Of a stretch of DNA of 64,000 nucleotides, positions 1 through 7,712 are shown piece by piece; positions within the stretch are counted from its first letter, which is position 1, and every line of letters starts with the position of its first letter. The notes under the pieces were generated by a model, which saw only the letters and a list, made by a program, of their open reading frames with translations, was not told the origin of the DNA and ran no database searches. Location: assembly GCA_000991245.1 (NCBI GenBank), contig LBRD01000001.1, positions 69,467-133,466 on the forward strand. The letters are read 5' to 3'. The translations under genes and the position numbers were made by a program. The stretch is from Parcubacteria group bacterium GW2011_GWC1_36_108 (GTDB taxonomy: Bacteria > Patescibacteriota > Minisyncoccia > Moranbacterales > GWC2-37-73).

Positions 1-290
1 TGCTTGAAATCATCAACAACACCCAAAAACAAAATTAGCAAAGAACCAAAAAGCACGCCAAGCAAGGGCGCGCCTATGACAAGATTTTTGTCCAACAATA
101 TTGCAAACAAAAAAGATCCTATTAAAGCTATCCCACCAAAACGCAAAATTCCTTTTTTATGAATATGCCTGTTGGAAGTCCTGCCATCATCATTTGAATA
201 TTTTTGGCCAAATGAAATCAATAAAATAAGCAGCGATACTGAAATCAGCAAAGAAGAAAACATCGGCATTAAATAAAGAGAATAGTCCAT
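1..290 (-). CDS. MraY/WecA-family polyprenyl-phosphate sugar-1-phosphate transferase (5' part, runs off window)
   Basis: Manual translation from ATG at 290: MDYSLYLMPMF...RHIHKKGILRFGGIALI...LFLGVVDDFK. Has the R-x-H-K..GG and G-x-x-DD motifs with TM helices. Confidence 0.8.
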   Translation of the reverse strand, partial: MDYSLYLMPMFSSLLISVSLLILLISFGQKYSNDDGRTSNRHIHKKGILRFGGIALIGSFLFAILLDKNLVIGAPLLGVLFGSLLILFLGVVDDFK

Positions 291-295
291 ATTAA

Positions 296-1984
296 CTACT
301 TCTTACGTATTTTGTCTGTTACCCAAAATTCTCCAAAATATTGTTTGAACAAAATACGCGTCTGCGAATCAATAGCAGGAATAGCCCCAAGAGTCGGTGC
401 AATAATAGGCGCCAAGAACCATTGCAGGAACATATAGATATATCGTTTTTTGCCATATTTCGCAGGACGCGGAGGCAAAAGCACGAAACTAAGAAACATC
501 GAGATAACCAACCCACCCATTGCAAGTGTCATCAAATAACGAGTCACGAAAGGCAGATTGTGAGCCAACACGCTTTGGTTAAAGGCTGGTCCACCGAAAA
601 TGAGCGGAAGCCATCCCAAGAGTGCCAAAATGAAGGCTGACGTTGCCCAAGAATGATGTCCTTCGATCATTTCAAATCCTATTCTAAATTTTCTATACAA
701 TGAAATTGTCTTATCCGGCCAAAGAGCTCGCATAATTACTGGGAAATTTTCAATTCCATATGCCCAGCGTCTTTTTTGTTTGTATTGATTTTTGATAGTT
801 TTCCAATATGTTTCAGCCAAAACTGCATCAAGAGAAATCGGCAAATAAATAGGTCTTACCATATAATCTCCGTGATAATAAGCGTAGCATTTCCAATATA
901 TAATCGAATCTTCACTAATCATATCCAAAGGCCAAAAGTTAACTTTTACCAATGTGTCAAAAGGCTCAGAGTGTGATGAAAAAGTTACCATCTGCACCCT
1001 TGTGCTTTGAAACATATGCCAGAAAGATGAACCCGTCACAATAACGCGCACAAACGCATTAGTGTCCCAAATGTTATTGTGATACATCGGCAAAGGCTGA
1101 TATGAACGCTGCAGACGCTTCGGATCGGTAATATAAGCATGAGTTAGCGCTGCAAAATATTGAGGATGACACACGCTATCACAATCAAAATTTGAAAAAA
1201 TAACCCGCTTATAATCAATATCTCTCTCATCCAAATACACCATCAATTTCTTGGCGGCATAAGTTGCGTTTGATGCTTTGCACTTCATTTCATTATCCTG
1301 CACTTCGTGAGTAGTAACCAAGAAATCTTTAAAAACTCCTTTGAATTTATCCTGCAAATAATTCACTTTCTCCAATCTGTTTTGCTCATTTTCACGTTCC
1401 TCTGTTGCCAAAAGAATAACGATTTGTTGATTTGGGAAATTGCTATCAGCAACAGCTTGGATAGCTGGTTCAATAACATCCGCAGGCTCATTGGCAGTCG
1501 GCAAAAGAACCACGTGCACAATCTTGCGCCAATCAAGCACGTCAATCTTTTCCGTCGCAATATATTGAACTTCCCTTTTATATTCCGCCAGTCTTGCAAT
1601 CTCCCTTCTTAAAGTTCTTCTTTCAGTGAATGTCATTTTGTTCTTTCTAAGACTCAATTTCAATTGCGCCATACGGTCGTATATGGTTTGAGCATATTCT
1701 TTTGGGTGAACGATATTTTGACATCTCTCCCACCAGTCAATCATTTTACCATTTTGAAGTTTATTATAAGCAACGATGGAATAATAAGTAATAAAAATAG
1801 TACGATAAATCCAATAAATATCAAACATTATAATAAAAACTGCAATCCAAATCGGCAGCAAAAACGAAGCCACCAACATTCCAATAAGAGTAATCCACGT
1901 CAAAATACCTGGGATCATTTCCAGTGTGCGCTGAACTCTTCGTTCTTTCAAATCAGTTGTTTTTGGGCTTGGAAAATAAAACAT
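296..1984 (-). CDS. Membrane GT2 glycosyltransferase (processive type)
   Basis: N- and C-terminal TM helices; DCD (DxD), SED and QKRRW (QxxRW) motifs. Confidence 0.8.
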   Translation of the reverse strand: MFYFPSPKTTDLKERRVQRTLEMIPGILTWITLIGMLVASFLLPIWIAVFIIMFDIYWIYRTIFITYYSIVAYNKLQNGKMIDWWERCQNIVHPKEYAQTIYDRMAQLKLSLRKNKMTFTERRTLRREIARLAEYKREVQYIATEKIDVLDWRKIVHVVLLPTANEPADVIEPAIQAVADSNFPNQQIVILLATEERENEQNRLEKVNYLQDKFKGVFKDFLVTTHEVQDNEMKCKASNATYAAKKLMVYLDERDIDYKRVIFSNFDCDSVCHPQYFAALTHAYITDPKRLQRSYQPLPMYHNNIWDTNAFVRVIVTGSSFWHMFQSTRVQMVTFSSHSEPFDTLVKVNFWPLDMISEDSIIYWKCYAYYHGDYMVRPIYLPISLDAVLAETYWKTIKNQYKQKRRWAYGIENFPVIMRALWPDKTISLYRKFRIGFEMIEGHHSWATSAFILALLGWLPLIFGGPAFNQSVLAHNLPFVTRYLMTLAMGGLVISMFLSFVLLPPRPAKYGKKRYIYMFLQWFLAPIIAPTLGAIPAIDSQTRILFKQYFGEFWVTDKIRKK

Positions 1985-1991
1985 TGAATTA

Positions 1992-2146
1992 ACTTACAAC
2001 TTATAACTCATAACTCACAACACGAGATTAACTTACAAATCACGACTTACAACGTACAACAGAAATGCATTGAAGATGTTGTTAGTTATTAGTTGTCGGT
2101 TGTTAGTTTTTGGTTGTGAGTTGTCAGTCATGAGTTGTGGGTTAGT
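1992..2146. repeat. Heptamer-built imperfect palindrome (TTACAAC-like left arm, GTTGTNA-like right arm)
   Basis: ttacaac ttataac tcataac tcacaac ... gttgtta gttatta gttgtcg gttgtta ... gttgtga gttgtca. Confidence 0.75.
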
Positions 2147-2147
2147 T

Positions 2148-2543
2148 TTAATAGTTTATCAACAGCAGGCTTGATACTGCAATAGTGATGCAGATTTGGA
2201 CTATAAAGGTTGCCAACATCAACAAATGGGCTACTATTCGCTCTTTTTGCTGATAAAACAAATACCCCAATACCGCATTTACACACAAAATAACCAACCC
2301 GATCAGGGGTAAAAAGTACATTTGCCACCATGCCCCAATCACATCCACCCCGAAATATACATTATAGTGAAGAATGATAGGAAAATCAACTGGTCTGATG
2401 AAATATGCAATCGCACCCCAATTTGCAAGATTAACAAAAAACGCACAGATCATAACCCATTGAATTAGTGCGCTACGAAAAAACTCTTGTGAAAAAAAGT
2501 ATTTTAGCTTTAATTTTATATTTTCAATTTTAAAAAAGTTCAT
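2148..2543 (-). CDS. Hypothetical 3-TM membrane protein (DUF1648-like, LHYNVYFGVD motif)
   Basis: ORF track; start moved to MNFFK, which overlaps the rmuC stop. Three hydrophobic segments. Confidence 0.65.
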   Translation of the reverse strand: MNFFKIENIKLKLKYFFSQEFFRSALIQWVMICAFFVNLANWGAIAYFIRPVDFPIILHYNVYFGVDVIGAWWQMYFLPLIGLVILCVNAVLGYLFYQQKERIVAHLLMLATFIVQICITIAVSSLLLINY

Positions 2544-3654
2544 GTGGTTTTTCCAAAGCCAGTGGCTCAATTGTTTTTTCGCCTTCGGTTATTTTTGCAA
2601 CATCCTTATCTATTTTTCCAAGCTCTTTATATGCAGTGTTGAAACTGTTTACAGTGGTTCCAAGATTATTTCCCAATTTTTTCAAATAGTCTTCATAGGC
2701 AATAATATGTTTTCCAAGTTTCTCCACGTTGGCACGAATCTCTTTGGCATTTTCCTCAATCTGAAAAGCGCGCAGACCTTGAAGCACTGTCTGCAAATAT
2801 GCCAAAAATGATGTTGGGGAAACGATGATGACTTTCTTTTCTTGAAAAGCATATTCAATCAAATCGCGCGTGTTAATTTGAGCCGCTCCAACTTTGTTTA
2901 CAAGCAAATCATAATAAATTGCTTCAGAAGGAATAAACATAAAAGCAAAGTCCATTGTTCCCATTTCAGGACGAATATATTTAGCAGTTTCATCAATACG
3001 ATTTTTCAAATCTTGCTTGAACAATTTTTCAAATTTTTCACGCTCAGCGCTGTCTGTGCAATTTAGAATTCTTTCATAATTTTCAAGTGAAAACTTTGAA
3101 TCAATTGGCACAATCTTATCCTTCACAAAAACCACCGCATCCACAATCAAATCCTGATCAGTTTTTTCACTCTTTCCAAGCTTATATTGCATTTGATATG
3201 ATTTCGGACCCAGCACATTTTTCAGTGTTTCCTCCAGGAAATATTCCCCCAGCACTCCGCGCTGCTTTGGGTTTTTCAAAATATCCTGCAAATTTTGAAG
3301 TTGCGCTGAAAAATTAACCACTTGCCTATTTGTCTCATCAAGTTTAGTCAGTTTTTCAGTAACATTACTAATAAGCTTGGCTGATTGACCCGTAATCCCC
3401 TTGACTGTCTCAATCGTGTCTCGCATATGCTCACTCGAAGAGCGCCGTGCTTCAGTCAATTTCGTGTCTATCTCAGTGCGCATTTGATGATTTTGTTCGC
3501 TCAAGTTTCGAAGGCGCTCCAAAATTGCCGTCATTTTTTCCCTTTCCTCCTTGTTATCGCTACTCGCCACAACTTTCATTTTTAAATCAAAAACAAGCCA
3601 CAAAAGAGCGGCCAAGATTCCTATTATAATAATCGCGACAAAAATTGATGACAT
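2530..3654 (-). CDS. rmuC: DNA recombination protein RmuC
   Basis: N-terminal TM, coiled coil, KQRGVLGE, PIDSKF, DFAFMFIPSEAIY and SPTSF motifs. Confidence 0.92.
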   Translation of the reverse strand: MSSIFVAIIIIGILAALLWLVFDLKMKVVASSDNKEEREKMTAILERLRNLSEQNHQMRTEIDTKLTEARRSSSEHMRDTIETVKGITGQSAKLISNVTEKLTKLDETNRQVVNFSAQLQNLQDILKNPKQRGVLGEYFLEETLKNVLGPKSYQMQYKLGKSEKTDQDLIVDAVVFVKDKIVPIDSKFSLENYERILNCTDSAEREKFEKLFKQDLKNRIDETAKYIRPEMGTMDFAFMFIPSEAIYYDLLVNKVGAAQINTRDLIEYAFQEKKVIIVSPTSFLAYLQTVLQGLRAFQIEENAKEIRANVEKLGKHIIAYEDYLKKLGNNLGTTVNSFNTAYKELGKIDKDVAKITEGEKTIEPLALEKPHELF

Positions 3655-3673
3655 ATTTGTTTTATATTTTCAA

Positions 3674-3805
3674 AAGTTACGCATTTCGAAACATTTCTTT
3701 TTTGGCCAATTGTCGGCGACAGCGACTCTTTGAGCTTTTGGATATTGAGTATTTATCCAAAAGCGTGCCAAATAAGAAATAGTTGAGAAAATGCGTAAGT
3801 CCTAA
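3674..3805 (+). repeat. 132-bp structured dispersed repeat, copy 1 (candidate ncRNA or MITE)
   Basis: Near-identical to 36866-36996. Nested stems TTACGCATTT/AAATGCGTAA, TTCTTTTTTGGC/GCCAAATAAGAA and CTTTTGGATA/TATCCAAAAG. Confidence 0.85.
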
Positions 3806-3807
3806 TA

Positions 3808-4413
3808 TTAATATTTTTTACGACCAGCAATAAATCTCTTAAGCCCAGGGATTTTGTCGATCAATTCCAGATGAGATCCTTCGATGAAGTCCAGCAAGAA
3901 ACGATCAAGCATATCCAAACGATATTTGAATTCATCACTGTTCATCAGCACAAAACTCACTTCTTTTCCTATTTCAGCTTCCAAACTGCTCATAACGCTT
4001 TTCAATTTTCCGCGACTAACGTTGTTTGCCACCAAAACCATATCCACTTTGCTTTTTGGATAATTTAGAAAAATACCACTTACCAAAGCTAGTTTAACAT
4101 CCCCAATATTTTTCAATCGTGACAAACTCTTGGATTCAGGCGAAGCAGTTGATTTTGCAAACAAACTCTTAAGTTCGGAATAAAAACAAAAATCTTGATC
4201 GAGTGTATAATATTTTGATCCCTTTTTTGTTTTTTCAACCAAGAATTTTATTTTTTTAAGCTCGCCTATCTCTTTTCGCACAGAAGCTGCTGCCAACATA
4301 TTTTTCTTCGCAATATCAGCAACGCTGTATTCTTTTTCCGAGTTAAGCAAAAAAAATCTCAAGATTCTGGTTTTTGCTTTTGAGCCGAATAGCACTTCAA
4401 GGATTTCTGACAT
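3808..4413 (-). CDS. Winged-HTH protein with C-terminal nucleotidyltransferase-like domain (putative regulator)
   Basis: LFGSKAKTRILRFF N-terminal wHTH. C-terminal SGIF...VDMVLV resembles a degenerate GS..DxD motif. Confidence 0.6.
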   Translation of the reverse strand: MSEILEVLFGSKAKTRILRFFLLNSEKEYSVADIAKKNMLAAASVRKEIGELKKIKFLVEKTKKGSKYYTLDQDFCFYSELKSLFAKSTASPESKSLSRLKNIGDVKLALVSGIFLNYPKSKVDMVLVANNVSRGKLKSVMSSLEAEIGKEVSFVLMNSDEFKYRLDMLDRFLLDFIEGSHLELIDKIPGLKRFIAGRKKY

Positions 4414-4603
4414 AAGTTTGGCAGTGATTAATAGAAATTAAGTATTTCTCCTGCTTTTAAAAGCAGCAATATTGCCATTATACAATCAATAAAATTAAAA
4501 GTAAACCTCAAATCACAGCCCTTCCCGAGCTAATTGCATTTGAATGAAAATTGCTATATTATATAGAAAGATACTTGAGGGCTTTTTATGCCACAAAAAA
4601 CCA

Positions 4604-7234
4604 ATGTCCCCAAGAAACTCAGATAAAAACAAAGATGTGATAAAAGAACTGGAAAAAACAATTTCCCCAATTTTGGTTGTCAACAATTCCTCATTAAAAC
4701 CATACGTGGAATTATTTGAATACGCGCCAGAAAACATTTACCAGCAACCACTCGGCTCGCTTGTTGGCTTTTTTGAAGTCAAAGAATTCTCCGATGAGTC
4801 TGCCTATGTTGTGAATTTTCTAACTTCTGTTTTAAAAAAGGAATATTATATAAACCCAAAAAGGCCGGTCACGGAAAGTTTGGACAGCGCCCTGCACAAA
4901 GTTAACATTGCCCTTTCTGAATTAGCCAAACACGGGAATGTTGAATGGCTAGGCAAAATAAACGCCGCAATTTGCGTGCTGGAAAAAAACAATGCTCATT
5001 TCAGCGTTTCAGGCGATGCTAAAATCTTTTTATACAGAAATCAAAGTCTTTCCGAAATAAGTGAAGATCTGGCCTCAGATTCTCTTGAACCACACCCACT
5101 GAAAACATTTGTTAATGTTTCCAGCGGACGCCTTGAAAAAAATGACCGGATGTTGATAACTTCAGCGGATATTTTTCATATTTTGCCGATCATTGAAATC
5201 AAAAAGAATTTCCAGCGATTTGAAGGAGACAAATTTGTGCAATTTTTGAAAACTGCACTTTCAAACCAAATAGAAATGATCGCTTCGGTGGTTGTCGAAA
5301 TGAGCGAAGTGATTCCTATCGCAGCAACCAAGGCGCTGCCTCGCAAAAAATCTTCCAAGGCAGTCAATGCTTTCAGCCAACAATCTTTTGCCAGTGCCAA
5401 AGACACTGAAACCTTGGCGCAAGAACAAGAAAATGAATTAGAAATGACAATACTGCCAGCAGATGCCGAACAAGAATATACCGATGAAAAAACTGGGCAT
5501 ATATACGTTCAGGGAGAAGTAAATGAAAACAATGAAAACGCCAATCCCCAAATGAATTTATATTGGGATATGATCAAAGAAAAAATCTCCCAAGGATCAT
5601 ATTTAACCAAAAATGAAATTCGAAAGCGTTTCTCTTTATACAAAAAACAATTAGCAAAAAAGAAGGAGCTTCGCAGAATTGAAAAAGAAAAACAACAGCT
5701 TCTTGCAGCCGAAGAGGCAAAACGTCTTGAAGAAGAAAGGGTTCTGCAAGAAATTCAGCATGAACAACAAATCGCCGAGGAGCAGCAACTTGCCAAACTT
5801 CATCTTGAGGAGGAAAACCAGCGTCAACAAGAAAATCTTGCGCAAGAAAATATTCTCGCAAAAGCGGAAGTAACCAAGAAAAAAACAGCAGCAAAAATTA
5901 AAGTTACAAATATTGACGCAGAAGAATCAGAGAGTGAACCAACCGCAGATTCGCAATTAAGCTTCAAAGAAAAACTTCGCTTAGCAAGATTGGAGCAACA
6001 AGGAAATGCTGTCATTGATCTGAAAAACAAAACTACAAAGGAAACCGAAACATTTGAAGAAGAAATTATTATTCAACCAGAGATACAATTTGAAACTGTT
6101 GAAACAATATCAAAAACAACAAAGTTCAAGGCATTGGCTTTGGAAAATATCAAAAAAATACTGCCACTATCAAAAAAATTAATTGCGCACACAAAAATCT
6201 GGCTCAGCAAAATTGGCGCAATAGCAAAAAATAGATCCCACGTCGCAAAACCAAACAAACTAGCCAACATCATAACTCCTCATTTTTCAAAGATTGGAAA
6301 ACTATTCTCACATTTTTCAGGAAAACAAAAACTGTTTATTCTTTTTGCACTAGCCCTTATTTTTATCGCGCCTCTTTTCATTGTGCGTTTCTTGAACAGA
6401 CCAAAAGCTCCAACAATCGTTGAACTTCAGGATGTGCCATTGACTCAAATAGGAGCATTGGCAAGTGACAAAAACATTGATTTTAACACACAAGTTCAAA
6501 CAATTTTATCAAACTCAAATATCGTTACCGCTTTGATCGCAAACAACAATCCAACAGTGGTGACCAAAAACAGCGTTATTGTTTTACAAAACAATCAACC
6601 AAAAGAATTTCCGATTCCTACCGACTCCGGAGCTGCTGTTTCCGCAACATATATGAAAGATTTGTCCCTTGTTTTAATCTTCACTGATAGCAACAAGATT
6701 CTTTCCTTCAGTCCAATTTCAGAAAAGTTTGCAAGCAACAACATCGATTTATCCAACATTTCATCAGGAAGTCCAATTGGAACATACCTAACATATTTAT
6801 ATATGCTTGATCAAAAAAACAATCAGATTTATCGCTTCCCACGCGCAGACGGTGGATTTGGCGAGAAAACAAGTTGGCTCAAAGATTCAACATCTCTTAC
6901 TAATGTTTCAGAAATAACCATCGACGACAATATTTATGCGATTTCAGATAACAAAATTTTAAAATTCTTCAAAGGCAAAGCTGTTGATTTTTCACTTGAA
7001 TCATCCACCACGCCTATTAACTTTGATAAAATTTATACAACTCCGGACTTGCAAAACTTCTATGCACTAGACACACAAAACTCGCGTCTAGTTTCATATA
7101 GCAAAGACGGCAACATTATTAAACAATATCACAATGAAGCGCTCAAGGACGTGATCTCATTGACAGTAGACGAACAAAACAAACTCGCATACATCGCAAC
7201 TTCAACTGGATTAATTTCACTTTCAATTCAATAG
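4604..7234 (+). CDS. Membrane protein: PP2C-like domain, coiled coil, TM helix and putative beta-propeller
   Basis: VSGDAKIFLYR and LEKNDRMLITSAD resemble PP2C motifs; E/Q/K-rich coil; one TM; LYMLDQKNNQIY-type blades. Start MSPRN preferred over 4544. Confidence 0.65.
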   Translation: MSPRNSDKNKDVIKELEKTISPILVVNNSSLKPYVELFEYAPENIYQQPLGSLVGFFEVKEFSDESAYVVNFLTSVLKKEYYINPKRPVTESLDSALHKVNIALSELAKHGNVEWLGKINAAICVLEKNNAHFSVSGDAKIFLYRNQSLSEISEDLASDSLEPHPLKTFVNVSSGRLEKNDRMLITSADIFHILPIIEIKKNFQRFEGDKFVQFLKTALSNQIEMIASVVVEMSEVIPIAATKALPRKKSSKAVNAFSQQSFASAKDTETLAQEQENELEMTILPADAEQEYTDEKTGHIYVQGEVNENNENANPQMNLYWDMIKEKISQGSYLTKNEIRKRFSLYKKQLAKKKELRRIEKEKQQLLAAEEAKRLEEERVLQEIQHEQQIAEEQQLAKLHLEEENQRQQENLAQENILAKAEVTKKKTAAKIKVTNIDAEESESEPTADSQLSFKEKLRLARLEQQGNAVIDLKNKTTKETETFEEEIIIQPEIQFETVETISKTTKFKALALENIKKILPLSKKLIAHTKIWLSKIGAIAKNRSHVAKPNKLANIITPHFSKIGKLFSHFSGKQKLFILFALALIFIAPLFIVRFLNRPKAPTIVELQDVPLTQIGALASDKNIDFNTQVQTILSNSNIVTALIANNNPTVVTKNSVIVLQNNQPKEFPIPTDSGAAVSATYMKDLSLVLIFTDSNKILSFSPISEKFASNNIDLSNISSGSPIGTYLTYLYMLDQKNNQIYRFPRADGGFGEKTSWLKDSTSLTNVSEITIDDNIYAISDNKILKFFKGKAVDFSLESSTTPINFDKIYTTPDLQNFYALDTQNSRLVSYSKDGNIIKQYHNEALKDVISLTVDEQNKLAYIATSTGLISLSIQ

Positions 7235-7473
7235 ACTCTTTTCCACATTTCTTTTTTCCGCAAAAAGAAACCTGGAGGAAAGAAAAGCTCGCACCGGATG
7301 AAGATACTGTGGCAAAAACTTCGCTCTTCACTAAAATTTACACTGCGCGCCTACGCTTGCTAGCGGGCGCTACGTTTCAAAATTTCTTAACGCTCATCAC
7401 TCGTTTTTCGCCTACGTACTTCATATGGTGCAAAGGGAATGCGGAATGCGAATACATACAGGAGCGAGAATGA

Positions 7474-7553
7474 TTTTTCTTTTTTCACTTAAAACAAGTC
7501 TCATTGGCGTTATGTCAAAAGTTGCAATTGTTTTTCTGTGACAAAAAGAAAAA
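7474..7553. repeat. ~80-bp hairpin dispersed repeat, copy 1
   Basis: Matches 27802-27883. Terminal inverted repeats TTTTTCTTTTT...AAAAAGAAAAA. Confidence 0.8.
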
Positions 7554-7646
7554 GGCATTCGAACGATGCACGCAGAACGCCTTTAAGAAGTGTAAACACT
7601 ATCTTTATATTATACACCTAAATCATCAAAAAGTCAATGGTAGAGC

Positions 7647-7674
7647 AAAAAACGGCTAACGATAGCCGTTTTTT
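7647..7674. terminator. Bidirectional intrinsic terminator
   Basis: AAAAAACGGCTA-acga-TAGCCGTTTTTT between convergent genes. Confidence 0.75.
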
Positions 7675-7712
7675 GATGTATGTATTTTCCTAACAAGCTA
7701 AAAAGCTAAAGC

